A stretch of DNA of 64,000 nucleotides, taken from Vicinamibacteria bacterium (lineage in GTDB: Bacteria; Acidobacteriota; Vicinamibacteria; Marinacidobacterales; Marinacidobacteraceae). Positions 59,541 to 64,000 of the stretch are shown in pieces. Made by a program: the position numbers and the translations under genes. Positions within the stretch are counted from its first letter, which is position 1. Every line of letters starts with the position of its first letter. The stretch is from the NCBI GenBank assembly GCA_965199715.1, contig OZ241322.1, positions 1 to 64,000 on the forward strand, given 5' to 3'. The notes under the pieces are model-generated. The model saw nothing but the letters and a program-made list of their open reading frames with translations. It had not been told where the DNA came from and made no database searches.

Positions 59541-59591
59541 TCACGGCCAGTGCAGGAGCGGCGCGGACCCTGTGCTACCTTTCCCGCGCCC

Positions 59592-60053
59592 TTGACCGAA
59601 CCCCCGCCCGCGCCGACGCTCGCCGACCTGCTCGACGCCGTGGACCGGCTCGAAGACGGCTCGTTCCACCAGGTGGAGATTCGGATCGGCGAGGCTCGCG
59701 TGCGCGTCTCGCGCAGCGCTCCGGCGGCGGTCGTGACCGGGGCTCCGCCGCCAGCGGCCGCCGCTCCCGCGCCGGCCGTCGAGGCCGCGGCGGCGCCGGC
59801 GGCCGACGCCGGGCTCGTCATCGTGGAGGCGCCGATGGTCGGCACGTTCTATCGCCGCCCGAGGCCGGACGCCGCGCCGTTCGCCGAGGTCGGGGATCGG
59901 GTCGAGGAGGGGCAGGTCCTTTGCATCATCGAGGCGATGAAGTTGATGAACAACATCGTCGCCGAGCGCGCCGGGGAGATCGCGGAATTCGCTCCCGAGG
60001 ACGGATCGCCGGTCCAGTTCGGCGACCGGCTCGTGGCGATTCGGCCCTCCTGA
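59592..60053 (+). CDS. accB: Acetyl-CoA carboxylase biotin carboxyl carrier protein
   Basis: APMVGTFY, EAMKLMN biotinylation motif, Ala/Pro linker. Confidence 0.95.
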   Translation: MTEPPPAPTLADLLDAVDRLEDGSFHQVEIRIGEARVRVSRSAPAAVVTGAPPPAAAAPAPAVEAAAAPAADAGLVIVEAPMVGTFYRRPRPDAAPFAEVGDRVEEGQVLCIIEAMKLMNNIVAERAGEIAEFAPEDGSPVQFGDRLVAIRPS

Positions 60054-60090
60054 TCCCGCAAGCGGGTTCGGCACGGGCGCCGTCAGCGTC

Positions 60091-61425
60091 ATGTTCCACA
60101 AGATACTGATCGCGAACCGCGGCGAGATCGCGGTCCGCATCCTCGCCGCCTGCCGCGACATGGGAATTCCCACGGTCATCGTCCACTCCTCGGCGGACGC
60201 GAACTCGCTGCCGGTGCGGCTCGCCGACGAGCGCGTGTGCATCGGGCCGCCGGCGCCGGGCGAGAGCTACCTCGACGTCCCGCGCATCCTGGCCGCGGCG
60301 GAGATCACCGGCGCCGACGCGATCCACCCCGGCTACGGGTTCCTCGCCGAGAGCGCCCCGCTGGCCGAGGTCTGCGAGAGCTGCGAGGTCACCTTCATCG
60401 GGCCCGGGCCGGACGCGATCCGGACCATGGGGGACAAGGCGCTCGCCCGGCGGGTGATGCGCGACTCCGGCGTCCCGGTGCTGCCGGGAGTCGAGGCGCC
60501 GATCGCGGACGCGGGCGAGGCGGTCCGGATCGCGGACGACGTGGGTTACCCGGTGCTCCTCAAGGCGTCCTTCGGCGGCGGCGGGCGCGGCATGCGCATC
60601 GTCCGGGAGCCGGGCGACCTCGAGGCCGCCTTCGCCTCCGCCTGCGCCGAGGCGCAGGCCGCGTTCGGCGACGGATCCATGTACCTCGAACGGTTCCTCG
60701 AGAGCGTGCGGCACGTCGAGGTCCAGGTCTTCGCCGACGCCCATGGCAGCGCGATCCACCTCGGCGAGCGGGACTGCTCGGTCCAGCGGCGCCACCAGAA
60801 GCTCGTCGAGGAGTCCCCGGCGCCGGGGATCTCGCCCGAGCAGCGCCGCCAGTTCGGCGAGGCGGCGGTGCGCGCCGCCGCGGCGGTGGGCTACCGGAAC
60901 GCCGGCACGGTCGAGTTCCTGATGGACGCGAACGGGGAGTTCTTCTTCAGCGAGATGAACGTGCGCATCCAGGTCGAGCACCCGGTGACCGAGATGGTCA
61001 CCGGCAAGGACCTCGTGCGCGAGCAGATCCTCGTGGCCGCGGGCGAGCCGCTGTCGTTCGCCGGCGAGCCGATCGAGCTCTCGGGCGCCGCAATCGAGTG
61101 CCGGATCAACGCCGAGCACCCCGAGACCTTCGCGCCCTCGCCGGGGCGGATCGGCGCGTTCCACAGTCCGGGCGGACCGGGAATCCGGGTGGATACCGCG
61201 TTCCACGCCGGCGCCGACGTGCCGCCGTGGTACGACTCGCTGCTGGCCAAGGTGATCGCGCACGGGGACGACCGATCCCACGCCATCGCCCGCATGCGCC
61301 GGGCGCTGAAGGAGATGGTCGTGGAGGGCGTCCACACCACGATCCCGTTCCACCTGCGGGTGCTGGATAACGAGGAGTTCCTTGCCGGCGGCTTCGACAC
61401 CGGGATTCTCGGGCGGATGGGCTGA
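60091..61425 (+). CDS. accC: Acetyl-CoA carboxylase biotin carboxylase
   Basis: ANRGEIA, HPGYGFLAE, GGGGRGM, EMNVRIQVEH, YDSLLAK. Confidence 0.96.
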   Translation: MFHKILIANRGEIAVRILAACRDMGIPTVIVHSSADANSLPVRLADERVCIGPPAPGESYLDVPRILAAAEITGADAIHPGYGFLAESAPLAEVCESCEVTFIGPGPDAIRTMGDKALARRVMRDSGVPVLPGVEAPIADAGEAVRIADDVGYPVLLKASFGGGGRGMRIVREPGDLEAAFASACAEAQAAFGDGSMYLERFLESVRHVEVQVFADAHGSAIHLGERDCSVQRRHQKLVEESPAPGISPEQRRQFGEAAVRAAAAVGYRNAGTVEFLMDANGEFFFSEMNVRIQVEHPVTEMVTGKDLVREQILVAAGEPLSFAGEPIELSGAAIECRINAEHPETFAPSPGRIGAFHSPGGPGIRVDTAFHAGADVPPWYDSLLAKVIAHGDDRSHAIARMRRALKEMVVEGVHTTIPFHLRVLDNEEFLAGGFDTGILGRMG

Positions 61426-62059
61426 TCTCCGTGGCGCCCCGCTCTATCCGATCCTTGACGCGGAGGTTCTCGGCGCGGGCGACCCGGGACCGATCCTTCG
61501 CGCCCTCGCCGCCGCCGGCGTGCGGGTCGCGCAGTTGCGCGCCAAGGCGCTCGCGCCCCGGGAGTTCCTCCGGTGGGCGCGCGCCGGGGTCCGGGGCGGC
61601 GAGGAAGCGGGAGTCGCGGTTCTCGTGAACGACCGGGTGGACGTCGCGATCCTCTCGGGGGCCGCGGGCGCCCACGTCGGCCAGCGCGACCTCTCGCCGG
61701 AGCGGACGCGCCTTCTCCTCGGGCCGGATCGGATGTTCGGCCTCTCCACGCACTCGACGGCGCAGGTCCGCGCGGCCGCCCGAGCCCCGTGCGACTACCT
61801 CGCGATCGGCCCGGTGTTTCCCACCGGATCCAAGGCCGCCCCCGAACCGGTCGTGGGTCTCGACGGCGTGCGGGCGGCGAGGCGCGCCGCGCCCGGGCGG
61901 ACGCTCGTCGCGATCGGCGGAATCCGGGGCGATCGGGCGGCCGCGGTCCTCGGGGCCGGGGCGGACGCCTTCGCCGTCGTCTCGGCGGTGGACGGCCGCT
62001 CGCCGGCGCGGGCCATGGAATCGGCGCGGGCGCTTCTTGGCGCCGCCGGGAGGGGCTGA
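61382..62059 (+). CDS. thiE: Thiamine phosphate synthase
   Basis: QLRAK, VNDRVD, HVGQRD, GLSTH, GPVFPTGSK, AIGGI; start uncertain (TTG 61382, or GTG 61431 if one C is missing). Confidence 0.9.
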   Translation: MPAASTPGFSGGWADLRGAPLYPILDAEVLGAGDPGPILRALAAAGVRVAQLRAKALAPREFLRWARAGVRGGEEAGVAVLVNDRVDVAILSGAAGAHVGQRDLSPERTRLLLGPDRMFGLSTHSTAQVRAAARAPCDYLAIGPVFPTGSKAAPEPVVGLDGVRAARRAAPGRTLVAIGGIRGDRAAAVLGAGADAFAVVSAVDGRSPARAMESARALLGAAGRG

Positions 62060-62065
62060 GCCGAC

Positions 62066-62992
62066 ATGCCCGGACGACGGTTGGAAGGGAAGCGGATCGC
62101 GGCCGCGATCCGGGCCGAGGTCGCGGACGACGCGGCGGACCTGGCCCGAAGCGGGCGCCCGCCCGGGCTCGCGGTGGTTCTCGTCGGCGACGATCCGGCG
62201 TCCGCGATCTACGTGCGGGGCAAGGCGCGGGCCTCGAGCGAGGCCGGGTTCGAGTCGGTGACCCACGGCATGCCCGCGGACACGACCGCGGCGCAGCTCG
62301 GCGAGCGCCTCGACGCCCTGAACGACGACCCTCGCGTGGACGGGATCCTGCTCCAGTTGCCGCTCCCCGCCGGCCTCGCCGCCGCGAGCTTTCTCGCCCG
62401 CATCCGCCCGGACAAGGACGTGGACGGATTCCATCCGGTGAACGTCGGCAACCTCGTCGCGAACCGCCCGGGGCCGCGCCCCTGCACGCCGGCGGGAATC
62501 CTCGAGATGTTCCGCCGCGAGGGAATCGATCCCAAGGGGAAGCGCGCCGTCGTCGTGGGGCGCAGCGACATCGTGGGCAAGCCGCTCGCGCTGCTGCTCC
62601 TCCACGCCCACGCGACCGTCACCGTCTGCCACTCGCGCACCCGCGATCTCCCCGGCGTCTGCCGTGAGGCGGACCTGCTGCTCGTGGCCACCGGGTGGCC
62701 CGGCCTCGTCGGCGAGGACGCGATCCGCCCCGGGGCGGTCGTGGTCGACGTCGGCATGAACCGGATCGCCGACGAGAGCGTCGCCGAGGACTTCTTCCGG
62801 TCGGCGCCCAAGCGGCTCGAGCGCTTCCGCAAGAACGGCCACGCGCTCGTGGGCGACGCCCACCCGCACTTCATGAAGGAGCTGTCCTCCGCCTACACGC
62901 CGGTGCCCGGCGGCGTCGGGCCGCTCACGATCGCGATGCTGCTGCGGAACACCGTCGATCTCGCCCGCGCCCGGCGCGAGGCGGGAGGCTGA
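62066..62992 (+). CDS. folD: Methylenetetrahydrofolate dehydrogenase/cyclohydrolase
   Basis: YVRGK, QLPLP, KDVDGFHP, PCTP, GRSDIVGKP, TPVPGGVGP. Confidence 0.96.
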   Translation: MPGRRLEGKRIAAAIRAEVADDAADLARSGRPPGLAVVLVGDDPASAIYVRGKARASSEAGFESVTHGMPADTTAAQLGERLDALNDDPRVDGILLQLPLPAGLAAASFLARIRPDKDVDGFHPVNVGNLVANRPGPRPCTPAGILEMFRREGIDPKGKRAVVVGRSDIVGKPLALLLLHAHATVTVCHSRTRDLPGVCREADLLLVATGWPGLVGEDAIRPGAVVVDVGMNRIADESVAEDFFRSAPKRLERFRKNGHALVGDAHPHFMKELSSAYTPVPGGVGPLTIAMLLRNTVDLARARREAGG

Positions 62993-63612
62993 CCGGACGC
63001 TTGCTCCGGATCGGGCTCACCGGCGGGATCGCCTCGGGGAAGACCACCGTCCGGAAGGTCTTCGAACAAGCCGGAATCCCGATGCTGGACGCCGACCGGC
63101 TGACCCACGAGCTGCTCGCTCCCGGCGGCGGCCTCGTCGAGGCGGTGGCGGCGGCGTTCGGCGACGCGCGCGCTCCGGACGGCGGCGTCGATCGGGCGAA
63201 GCTCGGGGCCGTCGTGTTCGCGGATCCCGAGGCCCGCAAGCGGCTGGAGCGGATCGCGCACCCCGAAATCCGCCGCCGGATCCGCGCCTTCCTCGACGCC
63301 CGCGAAGCCGAGGGCGCCCGGGCGGCGGGAGCCGAAGCCGCCCTCATGGTGGAGAGCGGGAGCACGTCCATGTACGACCGGGTCGTCGTGGCGCACTGCG
63401 CGCCCGAGCAGCAAGTCGAGCGCCTCCTAGCCCGCTCCGCCCTGACCCCCGGCGAGGCGCGCGCCCGGATCGAGGCGCAGATGCCCGTCGCCGCGAAGGT
63501 CGCGGCGGCCGACGACCTCGTCGATACCTCGGGTTCCCTCGACGAGGCGCGGGAGGCGGCCCGGCGGCTCGCCCGCGAGCTGCTCCGCCTCAGCCCGAGC
63601 GGAGGAAGCTGA
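62989..63612 (+). CDS. coaE: Dephospho-CoA kinase
   Basis: IGLTGGIASGKT, DAD, DRAKLG, HP, RIEAQ; start CTG 62989 or TTG 63001. Confidence 0.93.
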   Translation: MTGRLLRIGLTGGIASGKTTVRKVFEQAGIPMLDADRLTHELLAPGGGLVEAVAAAFGDARAPDGGVDRAKLGAVVFADPEARKRLERIAHPEIRRRIRAFLDAREAEGARAAGAEAALMVESGSTSMYDRVVVAHCAPEQQVERLLARSALTPGEARARIEAQMPVAAKVAAADDLVDTSGSLDEAREAARRLARELLRLSPSGGS

Positions 63613-64000
63613 GGAGGGTCTCCTCCAGCTCGCCGCGCGCGTCCAGAATCCGCTCCGCCACGTCGCGCACCGCGCCGCGGCCTCCGGGCGCTCCGGCGAC
63701 GTAGTGGACCCGGCGGCGCACCTCCGGATGGGCGTCCAGCGGGCATGCGGCGAAGCCGGCCAGCGCCAGCGCCGGGAGATCCTGCACGTCGTCCCCCACG
63801 AAGGCGATCTCCTCGGGTTCGAGGCCGAACTCGGATGCGGCCTCGCGCAGCGCCTTCCCCTTGGTCCAGCAGTTCTCGCGATAGAAGTCGAGGCCGACCT
63901 CGCGGGCGCGGTCGCGCACGATCCCCGACGCCCTGCCGGTCACGAATCCGAGCCGCAGCCCCCGCCGCTTGAGGAGCAGCAGCCCGAGGCCGTCCCGCGC
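63590..64000 (-). CDS. kdsC: KDO 8-phosphate phosphatase (HAD family), 5' partial
   Basis: RDGLG...VTGR, GDDVQD, GGRGAVR; frame open to the window edge. Confidence 0.88.
   Translation of the reverse strand, partial: ARDGLGLLLLKRRGLRLGFVTGRASGIVRDRAREVGLDFYRENCWTKGKALREAASEFGLEPEEIAFVGDDVQDLPALALAGFAACPLDAHPEVRRRVHYVAGAPGGRGAVRDVAERILDARGELEETLLSFLRSG

Noticed and set aside
61417-61425. Possible AccC-ThiE fusion if one G were removed from ATGGGCTGA
   Set aside because: AccC ends at normal length; an upstream TTG or a missing C at 61437-61440 explains the thiE start more simply
1-64000. CRISPR arrays, tRNA/rRNA, IS elements, integrases
   Set aside because: No regularly spaced repeats, structural RNA signatures or transposase motifs seen; intergenic spaces are mostly too short

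Overview
Very GC-rich, gene-dense bacterial DNA with about 54 protein-coding genes and no recognisable rRNA, tRNA, CRISPR array or transposase. The GWxTD protein, three CRTAC1/ASPIC-UnbV proteins, many TPR proteins, carboxypeptidase-regulatory-domain TonB-dependent receptors and a DUF1592/DUF1552 pair point to Acidobacteriota (inference). Housekeeping genes are rmuC, tpx, ahcY, fetAB-like, ligD, modABC, lysA, accB, accC, thiE, folD, coaE and kdsC. The centre (about 19.7-45.2 kb) is a large locus of almost entirely exported proteins: a TonB-C/DUF1326 fusion lipoprotein, a TonB-dependent receptor, a Tat sulfite-oxidase-family molybdoenzyme, a di-CxxCH DUF1592 protein, DUF1552, an ankyrin protein, a Tat FMN alpha-hydroxy-acid oxidase with a CxxCH motif, TPR/CRTAC1 pairs, modABC and a three-domain RidA lipoprotein. 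This is the best candidate for an undescribed periplasmic uptake and redox system. Other oddities are a LigD whose ligase domain lacks the catalytic lysine, a miniaturised MT-A70 methyltransferase, a decayed XRE-ImmA/IrrE plus DUF4411 cassette, repeated apparent CTG starts overlapping upstream TGA stops, and many apparently leaderless genes. Several single-base frameshifts fall in homopolymer runs and may be assembly errors. All family assignments are from motif recognition by eye, not database searches.
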